Source of the DNA: Patescibacteria group bacterium | Lineage (GTDB): Bacteria; Patescibacteriota; Patescibacteriia; Patescibacteriales; UBA12465 | Direction: 5' to 3' | Length of the DNA stretch: 64,000 bases | Assembly: GCA_041649315.1 (NCBI GenBank) | Contig: JBAZNJ010000003.1 | Location: forward strand, 38,690 to 102,689 | Shown here: piece after piece, positions 9,718 to 19,114 of the stretch | Layout: each line of letters opens with the position of its first letter | Position numbering within the stretch: the first letter of the stretch is position 1 | Notes under the pieces: model-generated | The model's database searches: none | The model's input: the letters and a program-made list of their open reading frames with translations, nothing else | Told to the model about the DNA's origin: nothing | Made by a program: the position numbers and the translations under genes

Positions 9718-11766
9718 ATGTTTTTAAATCATTTTTTTAGACCCAAGGCGGTAGCAATAGTCGGCGCTTCTAATGATTCGGCTAAGATTGGCCGCCAAGT
9801 TTTGGATAATATTATCAAAGGTGGGTTTAAAGGAAAAGTTTATCCGATAAACTTAAAAGAGAAAAAAATTGCCGGGTTGAAGGCCTATGCTTCTTTGGCT
9901 GATTTGCCGCTGGCTGGCCGGCTGATCGCGGCGGATAGGCGGATAGATTCGGCTGGCCGAGGAGCATCGACCGGCCAGACGGCCCCGTCGTCTTTATTGG
10001 TTTTAATTGTTATTCCGGCACCCTTTGTTTTAGATGAAGTTAAGAAATGCGCGGCTTTAGGAATTAAGAATATAATTATCATCAGCGCCGGATTTCGGGA
10101 AGACGGTCAGACAGGAAAAAAGAGAGAAGAAGAATTGGTTAAGATAGCCGCAGAAAATAAATTAAATATTCTTGGTCCGAATTGTCTCGGTTTTATTAAT
10201 AGTCATTATAATTTAAACGCCAGTTTCGGCCAGGCTAAGCGGGAAAAAGGGAATATTGCCCTCCTATCCCAGTCCGGCGCGGTCGGCAGCGCCGCCCTGG
10301 ATTGGATTAAAGATAAAAGTTTTAATTTAGGCTACTTTGTAAGCCTGGGCAATAAGGCGGTTTTAGATGAGAATGATTTTTTGAAATATATCGCTCAAGA
10401 TAAAAATATTGATTTGATAATCTTGTATTTAGAAGGGATAAAACAAGGAAAAGAATTTATGGCGCTTGTTTCCCGTTTAGTTAAGCGTAAACCGATATTA
10501 GTTTTGCCGGCCGGATCGAGTAAAGCCGGCCGCCAAATGGTCCGGTCGCATTCCGGCGCCTTAACCGGTTTTAGCGGCGCTTTCCACGCCGGGTTAAAGA
10601 GATCCGGAGCCATAGAACTTGATAGCTTAGAAGAAATATTTAATCTCTCGCTTTTTAGGTCCGAAGATTGGCAAAGCCGGGGGAATTCCGATTTATATCT
10701 AATTACGAATGCCGGCGGCCCGGCAGTTTTAACCGCTGATGAGGCCGGTCGGCAGGGCTTAACTTTGGCCGGCACCCAGGATATTTTAGGCGATGCTCCG
10801 GCCGCGCGTTATCAGCAAGCGATCAATAAAACCTTGGCTCGGTCCGAGGTAAATAATCTTTTAGTTTTGTTAACTCCCCAAACTTCAACCGAACCCCTAA
10901 AAACAGCTGAAGCGATTGTTGCCGCCGCGCGTCGCTTTAAAAACAAGACGATTATGGCCAGTTTCATCGGCGGCCAGACCTTGCAGTCAGCTAAGGAATT
11001 ATTAAATAAAAATCATATCCCTAGCTTTGATTATCCGGAAGAAGCCGTTGGAAGTTTTAAACATTTATCTTCATATCGCGCGTTGCGATCAAACATCAAG
11101 CCATATAATAATCCGGAAAAAATTAAGTTTAAACCGATTATTAACACAGATTACGCTTTTTCTTTTCAGCTGCTTAAAAAATATGGCATTCCGGTCGTTA
11201 AGGTGAGGCAATATGAGGAGTCTGAATTAAATAGTTATGATTATCCGGCCGTCTTGAAGATAGTCGGACCTGATTTCTTGCATAAATCAGATAAAGGCGG
11301 AGTAGTCATTAATTTAAAAAATCCGGTTGATTTGCGCCGGGCCGCCCTTAAGCTAAAAGCTGCTAATTTGCGGGCTTTAAAAAAGGAAAATAATTATTTA
11401 ATAGTCCAGCCGCAAGCGGTTGATTTTCAGGAAATAATTTTAGGTTTCAAGCGCGATGCTTCTTTCGGCCCGATTATGATGATCGGCCAGGGCGGAATTT
11501 ATACGGAAATATTCAAAGATTTTTGTTTAGCGGTAAGCGATTTAAGCATAGCCGAAGCTCATAAGCTTATTAGGTCCTTGAAAATTTTTCCGATTTTAAA
11601 CGGCGCCCGTGGACAGAAAAAATATGATTTAGAGGCTTTGGCTCGGTCTTTTATTAATTTGGCGCGCCTGGCTAATGAGCACCCGGAAATTTCCGAGTTA
11701 GATATCAACCCCTTGTTTGTTAAAGAAAAAGGAATAATCGCGGGAGATGTGCGGATAATTTTGTAA
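9718..11766 (+). CDS. ADP-forming acetyl-CoA synthetase (acetate--CoA ligase, fused alpha/beta; CoA-binding + succinyl-CoA-synthetase-like + ATP-grasp)
   Basis: The N-terminus [17 protein letters not shown] fits a CoA-binding Rossmann fold. [14 protein letters not shown] and the phospho-His loop region [10 protein letters not shown] are present. The C-terminal part is ATP-grasp-like ([18 protein letters not shown]). It carries a GC-rich ~27-codon insertion at 9909-9990. Confidence 0.8.
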   Translation: MFLNHFFRPKAVAIVGASNDSAKIGRQVLDNIIKGGFKGKVYPINLKEKKIAGLKAYASLADLPLAGRLIAADRRIDSAGRGASTGQTAPSSLLVLIVIPAPFVLDEVKKCAALGIKNIIIISAGFREDGQTGKKREEELVKIAAENKLNILGPNCLGFINSHYNLNASFGQAKREKGNIALLSQSGAVGSAALDWIKDKSFNLGYFVSLGNKAVLDENDFLKYIAQDKNIDLIILYLEGIKQGKEFMALVSRLVKRKPILVLPAGSSKAGRQMVRSHSGALTGFSGAFHAGLKRSGAIELDSLEEIFNLSLFRSEDWQSRGNSDLYLITNAGGPAVLTADEAGRQGLTLAGTQDILGDAPAARYQQAINKTLARSEVNNLLVLLTPQTSTEPLKTAEAIVAAARRFKNKTIMASFIGGQTLQSAKELLNKNHIPSFDYPEEAVGSFKHLSSYRALRSNIKPYNNPEKIKFKPIINTDYAFSFQLLKKYGIPVVKVRQYEESELNSYDYPAVLKIVGPDFLHKSDKGGVVINLKNPVDLRRAALKLKAANLRALKKENNYLIVQPQAVDFQEIILGFKRDASFGPIMMIGQGGIYTEIFKDFCLAVSDLSIAEAHKLIRSLKIFPILNGARGQKKYDLEALARSFINLARLANEHPEISELDINPLFVKEKGIIAGDVRIIL

Positions 11767-11773
11767 TGGTTTT

Positions 11774-12499
11774 ATGTATAATTCTAAAAAAATCATTGTG
11801 GTTCTGCCGGCTTATAACGCCGCCGCGACTTTGGAGCGGACAGTGGCTGATTTGCCGCGGGAAATCGTGGACGAAATTATTTTGGTAGATGATAAGAGTG
11901 CTGACGATACGGCGGCCATAGCGCGCCGTTTGGGCTTAATAGTTTTTGAACGGGAAAAGAACGGCGGCTATGGCGCTAATCAGAAAAATTGTTATCGCTT
12001 GGCTTTAGAGCGCGGTGCCCATATTATTGTTATGATTCATCCGGATTACCAATATGATCCGAAATTAGTAAAATATTTAGTGGAATTTATTGCCGATGAT
12101 TATTTTGACGTAATGCTCGGTTCCCGGATCCGGTCGCGGCGCGAGGCTTTGGCCGGCGGCATGCCTTTGTATAAATATCTTGCTAATCGCTTTTTGACCA
12201 TGATTGAGAACCTGGCGAGCGGACAGAGTTTATCTGAATGGCATACCGGAATGCGCGCCTATAAGCGGGAAGTGTTGGAGAAAATTAATTTCGCGGATAA
12301 TTCGGACGATTTTGTCTTTGACAGCCAGGTTTTATTCCAGATTATCGCCAATAATTATCGTATCGGCGATATTCCGGTTCCGGTCCGTTATACTGCGGAA
12401 TCTTCATCAATAAATTTTATCAGGAGTTTGAAATACGGTTTAGGGACGGTCGGGGTTGTTTTGCAATACCTCTTTAATAAAGAAAGCTTTAAGGGTTGA
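11774..12499 (+). CDS. Family 2 glycosyltransferase (polyprenol-phosphate sugar transferase-like)
   Basis: [18 protein letters not shown] ... [11 protein letters not shown] ... HPDYQYDP is a typical GT2 (DPM1/ArnC-like) N-terminal signature. A C-terminal amphipathic/TM tail is present. Confidence 0.8.
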   Translation: MYNSKKIIVVLPAYNAAATLERTVADLPREIVDEIILVDDKSADDTAAIARRLGLIVFEREKNGGYGANQKNCYRLALERGAHIIVMIHPDYQYDPKLVKYLVEFIADDYFDVMLGSRIRSRREALAGGMPLYKYLANRFLTMIENLASGQSLSEWHTGMRAYKREVLEKINFADNSDDFVFDSQVLFQIIANNYRIGDIPVPVRYTAESSSINFIRSLKYGLGTVGVVLQYLFNKESFKG

Positions 12500-12537
12500 A
12501 TGGTTTTACATTATCGCCGTCAAAGATTTTGTAAATT

Positions 12538-14043
12538 ATGATTAAATTATTTTCCCGTGACAATTTTAAATTTAAATCAAATTGGCTCAGTTCCTGGCGG
12601 CCGTATTTTTTAATCTTCGCTTTAGGATTTTTACTTTATAGCCAGACCTTGTTTTTTGATTTTACTTATTTTGACGATAGTACTTTGGTCTTGGAAAATA
12701 TTGAGGTCCTCCAGGATTTCAAGAATGTTGGGCAGATTTTTACGACTGATGCTTTTTTTTCCGATGATAAATTCTATTACCGCCCTTTTCTAACTTTATC
12801 TTTTATGCTGGATGCTCAGACCGGCGGTGTTTTGCCTTTTTTTTATCATTTCTCTAATATTTTAATCCATTGTTTGGCGGCCGCTTTACTTTTTAGATTT
12901 TTAACTAGATTAAGTGGCCGTCGACCCCTATCCCTTTTTCTGTCTTTGATATTTTTAGCCCATCCAGTCTTGACCCAAGCCGTGGCTTGGATCCCGGGGC
13001 GCAATGATTCCTTATTAGCTATTTTCGTCTTGGGGGCATTTATCGCCTTTTTTAATTTTTTAGACCAACCGCGCTTACGATCGTATTTAGGATATTTAGT
13101 TTTATTTTTTTGTGCCTTGTTAACGAAAGAAAGTGCGATTGTTGTGCCGATTTTAGTCATTTTCTATTTTTTGTTTTTAGAAAAAGGGAAATTGCTAAAT
13201 AGCGATAAATGGCTTCTAGCCGGAGGGTCGGTCGCGGTCGGTTTTGTTTGGTTTCTACTCCGCGCGGCGGCTCTAGGCGGCGGATCGACCGATTATATGG
13301 CCGCTTTTATCGGAATTTTAAAAAATTCTCCGGCCATTTTGCTCGGCCTAGGAAAGTTTGTTCTGCCGCTTAATTTGTCGGTTTTGCCGATTTTAGCGGA
13401 TTCAACTATTATTTATGGCTTGATTGTTTTAGTTATTTTAGTATTGGTTTATTTTTTATCCCGCGGTCGTCGGAATAATTACGCGTTTTTTGGAGCGCTG
13501 TGGTTTTTCTTATTTCTCTTGCCGTCTTTTATCCGTCTTAATACTCTGCCGGATTTTTTAGAACATCGTCTTTATCTGCCCATCATCGGGTTTATAATTA
13601 TTCTTTTAGAGATTGACTGGATTAAAAAGCTTGATTTTAAGAAGCGATTGATTACAATAATCGCGCTGGTTTTATTGTTGTCTTTTTCCGCGTTATCTTT
13701 TTTTCATAGCGCTAATTTCCGTAATCGCCTGGTTTTTTGGGAAAGAGCGGCCGCTGATGCGCCGCATTCGCCGCTCGCTCAACGTAATTTAGGTGTAATG
13801 TATTATTTTGCCGGTCGCTTTGATCAGGCGGAAGATTATTATTTTAAGGCGCTGGCCCTTGAACCGAATGAGCCGATGGTTCATAATAATCTGGGAGTGA
13901 TTTATCTTAATAAAAAAGATTTCGTTCGCGCCGAAGCCGAGTTTAAGAAAGAGTTAGAAGTTAATCCCGGATATGATAAGGCCTTGCAGAATTTAAGAGA
14001 TTTATATCAAATTCTTAATCATCAGAGCGGATTGTCTCAATAA
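12538..14043 (+). CDS. Polytopic membrane protein with C-terminal TPR repeats (PMT/ArnT-like glycosyltransferase-C fold candidate)
   Basis: About 10 hydrophobic helices are followed by TPR-like repeats (AQRNLGVMYYFAGRFDQAEDYYFKALALEPNEPMVHNNLGVIYLNKKDFVRAEAEFKKELEVNP). It is adjacent to the GT2 gene. Confidence 0.6.
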   Translation: MIKLFSRDNFKFKSNWLSSWRPYFLIFALGFLLYSQTLFFDFTYFDDSTLVLENIEVLQDFKNVGQIFTTDAFFSDDKFYYRPFLTLSFMLDAQTGGVLPFFYHFSNILIHCLAAALLFRFLTRLSGRRPLSLFLSLIFLAHPVLTQAVAWIPGRNDSLLAIFVLGAFIAFFNFLDQPRLRSYLGYLVLFFCALLTKESAIVVPILVIFYFLFLEKGKLLNSDKWLLAGGSVAVGFVWFLLRAAALGGGSTDYMAAFIGILKNSPAILLGLGKFVLPLNLSVLPILADSTIIYGLIVLVILVLVYFLSRGRRNNYAFFGALWFFLFLLPSFIRLNTLPDFLEHRLYLPIIGFIIILLEIDWIKKLDFKKRLITIIALVLLLSFSALSFFHSANFRNRLVFWERAAADAPHSPLAQRNLGVMYYFAGRFDQAEDYYFKALALEPNEPMVHNNLGVIYLNKKDFVRAEAEFKKELEVNPGYDKALQNLRDLYQILNHQSGLSQ

Positions 14044-14076
14044 AATTAAAATTGTTTATAAGAATTAAAATCTTTT

Positions 14077-15804
14077 ATGGCTAAATTCAAAGATATTCTT
14101 AGTAAAAAAATAGACAGCATTACCGTGGCTGCGGCTTTGGTCGCTTTATCGTCTTTAGCTTCGCGCTTATTAGGCGTTGTTCGCGATCGTATTTTAGCCG
14201 GTCAGTTCGGCGCCGGCCAGACCTTAGATATTTATTATGCCGCTTTTCGGATTCCGGATTTGATTTTTAATTTAATTGTTTTAGGGGCTTTGTCGGCCGG
14301 CTTTATTCCGATTTTTACTTCTTTGCTTAAAGGCGGAGAAGCCACGACAGAGGGTAGGGAATCAAGCGCGGAGATAAAGGCGCGAAGTAATAACCAGGAA
14401 GGATCGCTCCAGTCCGCGACATCGGGATTAGATGCTGCATCAGAGGCAAATAATAATGAGGCCTGGCGGCTGGCTAATAATGTCTTGAATTTTTTATTGC
14501 TTGGACTTTTTGTCTTATCGGCCGTCGGGATAATTTTCGCGCCGGCTTTGACACGGATTATCGCCCCCGGTTTTGATAGCGAGAGCCAGGCCCTAACTTC
14601 GGTTTTGACTCGGATTATGTTTTTGTCACCGATATTCTTAGGAATTTCCGGAATTTTCGGTGGTATCCTTCAGTCCTTCAAACGCTTTTTAGTTTATTCG
14701 CTGGCGCCGATTTTTTATAATGTCGGCATCATTATCGGTGCTTTATATTTTGTGCCGCGCTGGGGAGTGGCCGGTTTGGCCTGGGGCGTAGTGCTTGGCG
14801 CTTTCTTACATATGGTCGTCCAATGGCCGAGCGTCTGCCGGCTCGGATTCCGTTATAAGTTTTTACTCCAGGCGCGCGATGTTGCGGTTCGCCGGCTCGG
14901 CCGGATGATGGTGCCGCGGACTTTAAGCTTGGCGATTTCCCAGATTAATTTAGTCGTGATTACGATTTTAGCTTCCCGTTTGTCGTCCGGATCACTCGCG
15001 GTTTTTAATTTTGCCAATAATCTTCAGTCGTTTCCGATCGGGATTTTCGGCGTATCTTTCGCCATCGCCGCTTTTCCGTCTTTGGCCGCGAGCGCTTTTA
15101 ACCGTGAGCGTTTAACCGCGGATTTTTCTAAGACAATTCGGCAGATTTTATTTTTTATCGTGCCGGCCACGGTGCTTATCATCGCTTTGCGGGCGCAGAT
15201 TATTCGCGTCGTGCTCGGTACGGGAAATTTTGATTGGAACGATACGATTTTAACCATGAATACGCTCGGTTATTTCGCGATTAGTTTATTCGCTCAGGCC
15301 ACGATTCCGCTTCTAGTTCGGGTTTTTTATGCTCGGGAAAATTCGGCCACGCCTTTTTACCTTGGTCTCGTAACGGTGGCGGCCAATATTGTTTTATCTT
15401 TGATTTTAGGTCCTTTGATGGGAGTAGCCGGCTTGGCTCTGGCTTTTTCCATCGCTAATATTATTAATTTTATCTTGCTTTGGATTTGCCTGTCATTCTC
15501 GATTGGCGCCTTGGATCTCGGGCGGATTCTTATTTCGGTTTTTAAATTTTCCATAAGCGCGGCCGCGGCCGGCGGCGCGGCGCAGATCATGAAGGTTATA
15601 GTCTGGCCTTTTATTGATATGACTAAGTTTTCCGGGGTTTTTATCCAATTAGTCGCGGCCGGATTGGCTGGGATTCTGGTCTACGCGCTTTTCTGCTTTT
15701 TATTCCGGAGCGAAGAACTATTCGGATTTTTAGCCGCGACCCGACGGCGTTTGCCGTTTAAGAAAGCTAAAATTGGCGATCAGGGTGAAGCGCTGGGGAG
15801 ATAA
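14077..15804 (+). CDS. murJ: Lipid II flippase MurJ (MviN family)
   Basis: The N-terminus is SRLLGVVRDRILAGQFGAGQTLDIYYAAFRIPDLIFNL, followed by a ~14-TM profile. It carries a polar insertion (TTEGRESSAEIKARSNNQEGSLQSATSGLDAASEANNNE). Confidence 0.85.
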   Translation: MAKFKDILSKKIDSITVAAALVALSSLASRLLGVVRDRILAGQFGAGQTLDIYYAAFRIPDLIFNLIVLGALSAGFIPIFTSLLKGGEATTEGRESSAEIKARSNNQEGSLQSATSGLDAASEANNNEAWRLANNVLNFLLLGLFVLSAVGIIFAPALTRIIAPGFDSESQALTSVLTRIMFLSPIFLGISGIFGGILQSFKRFLVYSLAPIFYNVGIIIGALYFVPRWGVAGLAWGVVLGAFLHMVVQWPSVCRLGFRYKFLLQARDVAVRRLGRMMVPRTLSLAISQINLVVITILASRLSSGSLAVFNFANNLQSFPIGIFGVSFAIAAFPSLAASAFNRERLTADFSKTIRQILFFIVPATVLIIALRAQIIRVVLGTGNFDWNDTILTMNTLGYFAISLFAQATIPLLVRVFYARENSATPFYLGLVTVAANIVLSLILGPLMGVAGLALAFSIANIINFILLWICLSFSIGALDLGRILISVFKFSISAAAAGGAAQIMKVIVWPFIDMTKFSGVFIQLVAAGLAGILVYALFCFLFRSEELFGFLAATRRRLPFKKAKIGDQGEALGR

Positions 15805-15816
15805 TATTTACGACCC

Positions 15817-16827
15817 ATGAAAAAGAAAAACATTACCCCTCTCCTAGGAGAAATATTAAAAAAAATAGCGCCGCGAATCGGCGCTAAAGTTATTATTGAG
15901 CCGAAGTGGGGTTTTGTCGGCCAGATTATTTTTAAGAATGGCCGGAAAAGATATTTTCGTTATTCAAGTTTAGACCTTAATCCGCTCGGCGCTTCGGACA
16001 TCGCGAAAGATAAGGGCTACGCGGATTTTTTTATGAATCGCTTGGGCTATCCAACTATTCCCGGGCAAGTTTTTTTCTCGGATAATTGGAGCCGGGCGAT
16101 CGGTTCCAAAAAAAATATTGATGCCGCTTATTGTTACGCGCAAAAAATCGGCTGGCCGGTAATTGTTAAACCGAATGGCGGTAGCCAAGGGCGGGGAGTT
16201 TTTAAGGCTTATAATAAAAGCGAATTTTATCGTGCCATGCATTTGGTTTTTAAGCAGGATAAAATCGCTTTGGTTCAGAAATTCATTAGCGGCCGGGATT
16301 ATCGTCTGGTGGTTTTGGATGATAAAGTTATTTCTGCTTATGAGCGCTTGCCGTTTAATATTACTGGCGACGGGAAAAGTTCAATAGAACGCCTGATTAA
16401 AAATAAGTTACGCGGTTTTATTCGGGACGGCCGGTCGGCGCGGATTGATGTTGATGATTGGCGGATAAGTCGCAATCTTAAAAAACAAAAATTAACTTTA
16501 AAATCAGTTTTGCTATCCGGACAGAGGATTTTTTTATTGGATAACGCGAATCTGTCCAGCGGCGGCGACGCGCTCGATGTTACAAAAACTATCCATCCCG
16601 GCTTTAAAAAATTAGCGGTCCGTTTAGTTAAAGATATGGGTTTGCGTTTTTGCGGGGTTGATCTAATGGTTGACGGCGATATTAGCCGAGTACCCCGGAC
16701 AGGGAAGTATTGGATTATTGAAATTAACGCCGCCCCCGGATTAGATCATTACATAAAAACCGGACGGGAGCAGGAGAAAGTCGTGGAAAATATGTATTTA
16801 CGGGTCTTAAAGGCGATGGGGAAATGA
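15817..16827 (+). CDS. ATP-grasp ligase (RimK / cyanophycin-synthetase-N-terminal-like)
   Basis: The core GWPVIVKPNGGSQGRGVFKAY ... VQKFISGRDYRLVVLDDKVISAYERLP ... ITGDGKSSIERLI ... IIEINAAPGL is typical of the ATP-grasp fold. The substrate is unknown. Confidence 0.65.
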   Translation: MKKKNITPLLGEILKKIAPRIGAKVIIEPKWGFVGQIIFKNGRKRYFRYSSLDLNPLGASDIAKDKGYADFFMNRLGYPTIPGQVFFSDNWSRAIGSKKNIDAAYCYAQKIGWPVIVKPNGGSQGRGVFKAYNKSEFYRAMHLVFKQDKIALVQKFISGRDYRLVVLDDKVISAYERLPFNITGDGKSSIERLIKNKLRGFIRDGRSARIDVDDWRISRNLKKQKLTLKSVLLSGQRIFLLDNANLSSGGDALDVTKTIHPGFKKLAVRLVKDMGLRFCGVDLMVDGDISRVPRTGKYWIIEINAAPGLDHYIKTGREQEKVVENMYLRVLKAMGK

Positions 16828-16835
16828 TTTTTTAT

Positions 16836-16864
16836 TTGACCTCCCTCTCTTTATCAATTACAAT
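16836..16864 (+). promoter_or_regulatory. Sigma-70-like promoter upstream of lepA
   Basis: TTGACC (16836-16841), 17-nt spacer, TACAAT (16859-16864). This leaves a leader of ~120 nt before the ATG at 16991. Confidence 0.5.
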
Positions 16865-16990
16865 AATATCAGCTTTAAGCGACAATAAAGATCGCTTGTT
16901 TGTTATTAAAAGAATCACTAATTGTTTAGGTGAAAATATTAAGAATTATTATTAGAGAATTTATTTTAAGCTAATCTTAGGGATATTAAA

Positions 16991-18817
16991 ATGATTGAAG
17001 AAATAAAAAAAATCAGAAATTTCTGCATAATCGCGCACATCGATCATGGTAAATCCACGCTTGCCGATCGGATGCTTGAGATTACCAATACCGTCGAAAA
17101 ACGGAAGATGAAGAACCAGATTTTGGACGGCATGGATATTGAACGCGAGCGGGGGATTACGATCAAACTTCAGCCGGTGACCATGAATTATCAGGGTTAT
17201 CAGCTGAATTTAATTGATACGCCTGGGCATGTTGATTTTTCCTATGAAGTGTCGCGTTCTTTAGCCGCGGTGGAAACCGCGGTTTTACTCGTGGATTGCA
17301 CACAGGGAATCCAGGCTCAGACCTTGGCTAATTTATATTTAGCTCTGGAGCAGAATTTAACGATTATCCCAGTAGTAAATAAGATTGATTTACCGGCGGC
17401 CAATCCGGAGAAAACTAAAAAAGAAATAGTGGATCTTTTAGGCTGTCGGGAAGATGAAATTATTGCCGCTTCCGGCAAGACCGGAGCCGGGGTGGCGGAA
17501 ATTTTAGATCGAGTAATTGCGGCCGGAGCGCCGCCGGAAAAGCTGTCTCCCGATAACTTAGTAGATTATCCGCGCGCTTTGATTTTTGATTCTAAATATG
17601 ATACTTATCGCGGTGTGGTCGCTTATGTTCGCGTTTTTAACGGCACTTTGAAAAAAGGTGATAAGATAAAATTGTTTGCGACCCGGGCGGCCAGTGAAAT
17701 TTTAGATTGCGGGATTTTTAAGCCGGATTATTTTTCTACCGGGAGTTTAAACGCGGGCGAGATCGGCTATATTGTTACCGGCTTTAAAACGGTTGGCGAT
17801 TGTCGGGTCGGCGATACGGTAATAGCTGGACCGAGCATTGAAGATGTTGCCAAGTTGAAGCCCTTAGCCGGCTATAAGGACGTCAAGCCCATGGTATTCG
17901 CTGGAATTTTCCCGCGCGAAGGCAGCGATTTTAAAGAATTACGCGAAGCCATGGAAAAATTAAAGCTTAATGACGCCGCCTTATCATACGAACCGGAACG
18001 GTCTGACGCGCTCGGTTTTGGTTTTCGTTGCGGCTTTTTAGGTCTTCTTCATTTAGAAATTTTCCAGGAACGTCTGCGGCGGGAATATGATTTAGATTTG
18101 ATTGTGACCGTGCCGAGCGTCGCCTATAAGGTTATTAAGACCAACGGTGAAGAAATAATTATCCGCACGCCCCAGCGTTTGCCCGACCCGACGCATATCA
18201 AAGGAATTGAAGAACCTTGGGTGAAACTAGATATTATTACCCCGAAAAGCTATATGGGTAATATTATAAAATTAGCCCAGGAAAAGCGGGGAATTTATAA
18301 AAATACCGAATATCTTTCAACGGACGGCGATGATAGCCGGACCTTGCTTCATTATGAAATTCCTTTATCCGCGATTTTAACGGATTTTTATGATAAAATA
18401 AAAAGTGTCTCGGCCGGCTACGCTTCAATTAACTATGAATATCTTGATTATCGGCCGGCTGATGTCGTAAAAATGGATATTCTTGTGGCCGAAGATTCAA
18501 TTGAGGCCTTGGCGACGATTGTTTATCGCGACGACGCCTATCGCCAGGGGCGGGAAGTCGTGGATATTTTGAAAGATAATTTGCCGCATCAGATGTTTGC
18601 GGTAAAAATTCAGGCGGCGGTTGGCGGTAAGGTAATTGCGGCCGAGAAATTGCCGGCGATGCGCAAAGACGTGACCGCGAAATTATATGGCGGTGACGTT
18701 AGTCGGAAGCGGAAATTATTAGAGAAGCAGAAGAAGGGCAAGAAAAAAATGATGGCCGCGGGCAAAGGCAGTGTAGAAATTCCGCCGGATACTTTTGTTA
18801 AGATATTGAAGAGATAG
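16991..18817 (+). CDS. lepA: Elongation factor 4 (translational GTPase LepA)
   Basis: NFCIIAHIDHGKSTLADR (G1), DTPGHVDF (G3), NKIDL (G4), and the LepA-specific C-terminus ...KKLLEKQKKGKKKM. Confidence 0.95.
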   Translation: MIEEIKKIRNFCIIAHIDHGKSTLADRMLEITNTVEKRKMKNQILDGMDIERERGITIKLQPVTMNYQGYQLNLIDTPGHVDFSYEVSRSLAAVETAVLLVDCTQGIQAQTLANLYLALEQNLTIIPVVNKIDLPAANPEKTKKEIVDLLGCREDEIIAASGKTGAGVAEILDRVIAAGAPPEKLSPDNLVDYPRALIFDSKYDTYRGVVAYVRVFNGTLKKGDKIKLFATRAASEILDCGIFKPDYFSTGSLNAGEIGYIVTGFKTVGDCRVGDTVIAGPSIEDVAKLKPLAGYKDVKPMVFAGIFPREGSDFKELREAMEKLKLNDAALSYEPERSDALGFGFRCGFLGLLHLEIFQERLRREYDLDLIVTVPSVAYKVIKTNGEEIIIRTPQRLPDPTHIKGIEEPWVKLDIITPKSYMGNIIKLAQEKRGIYKNTEYLSTDGDDSRTLLHYEIPLSAILTDFYDKIKSVSAGYASINYEYLDYRPADVVKMDILVAEDSIEALATIVYRDDAYRQGREVVDILKDNLPHQMFAVKIQAAVGGKVIAAEKLPAMRKDVTAKLYGGDVSRKRKLLEKQKKGKKKMMAAGKGSVEIPPDTFVKILKR

Positions 18818-18823
18818 CCAGGC

Positions 18824-18937
18824 GCCAATCGAAAATATGTTTTTCCCGCTAGTTTTTTTCTGGGGTAAAATTCATCTAAAGCTGAATTTTACTCTACGAA
18901 AAAAACAATCGCTCCTTAAAACACATTTCCGATTGGC
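18824..18937. other. 114-nt long imperfect hairpin immediately after lepA
   Basis: The outer arms are GCCAATCG (18824-18831) and CGATTGGC (18930-18937). The middle has GTTTTTTTC pairing with GAAAAAAAC. The apical stem is a perfect 10 bp, GTAAAATTCA (18865-18874) with TGAATTTTAC (18883-18892), closing an 8-nt loop. Confidence 0.5.
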
Positions 18938-18988
18938 TAGTAATTTTAAGAATATGGAAGATTTTTTAAATAGTTAATATTTAATCTT

Positions 18989-19087
18989 ATGAAACGCCGC
19001 AAAATGATTAAAATCTTTTGGATTATTGTCTCTTTTGTCGTAACCGTTTCCATGGTTGCCTGGACCGTGGCGATTGGGTTTTACTAG
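18989..19087 (+). CDS. Possible 32-aa single-TM mini-protein (MKRRKMIKIFWIIVSFVVTVSMVAWTVAIGFY)
   Basis: An ATG-to-TAG ORF not in the supplied track because it is shorter than 60 aa. It has a basic N-terminus plus one hydrophobic helix and lies in an otherwise empty 300-nt gap before recJ. Confidence 0.3.
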   Translation: MKRRKMIKIFWIIVSFVVTVSMVAWTVAIGFY

Positions 19088-19114
19088 GAAGAGGATTTAT
19101 TATTAAATTTTTTC

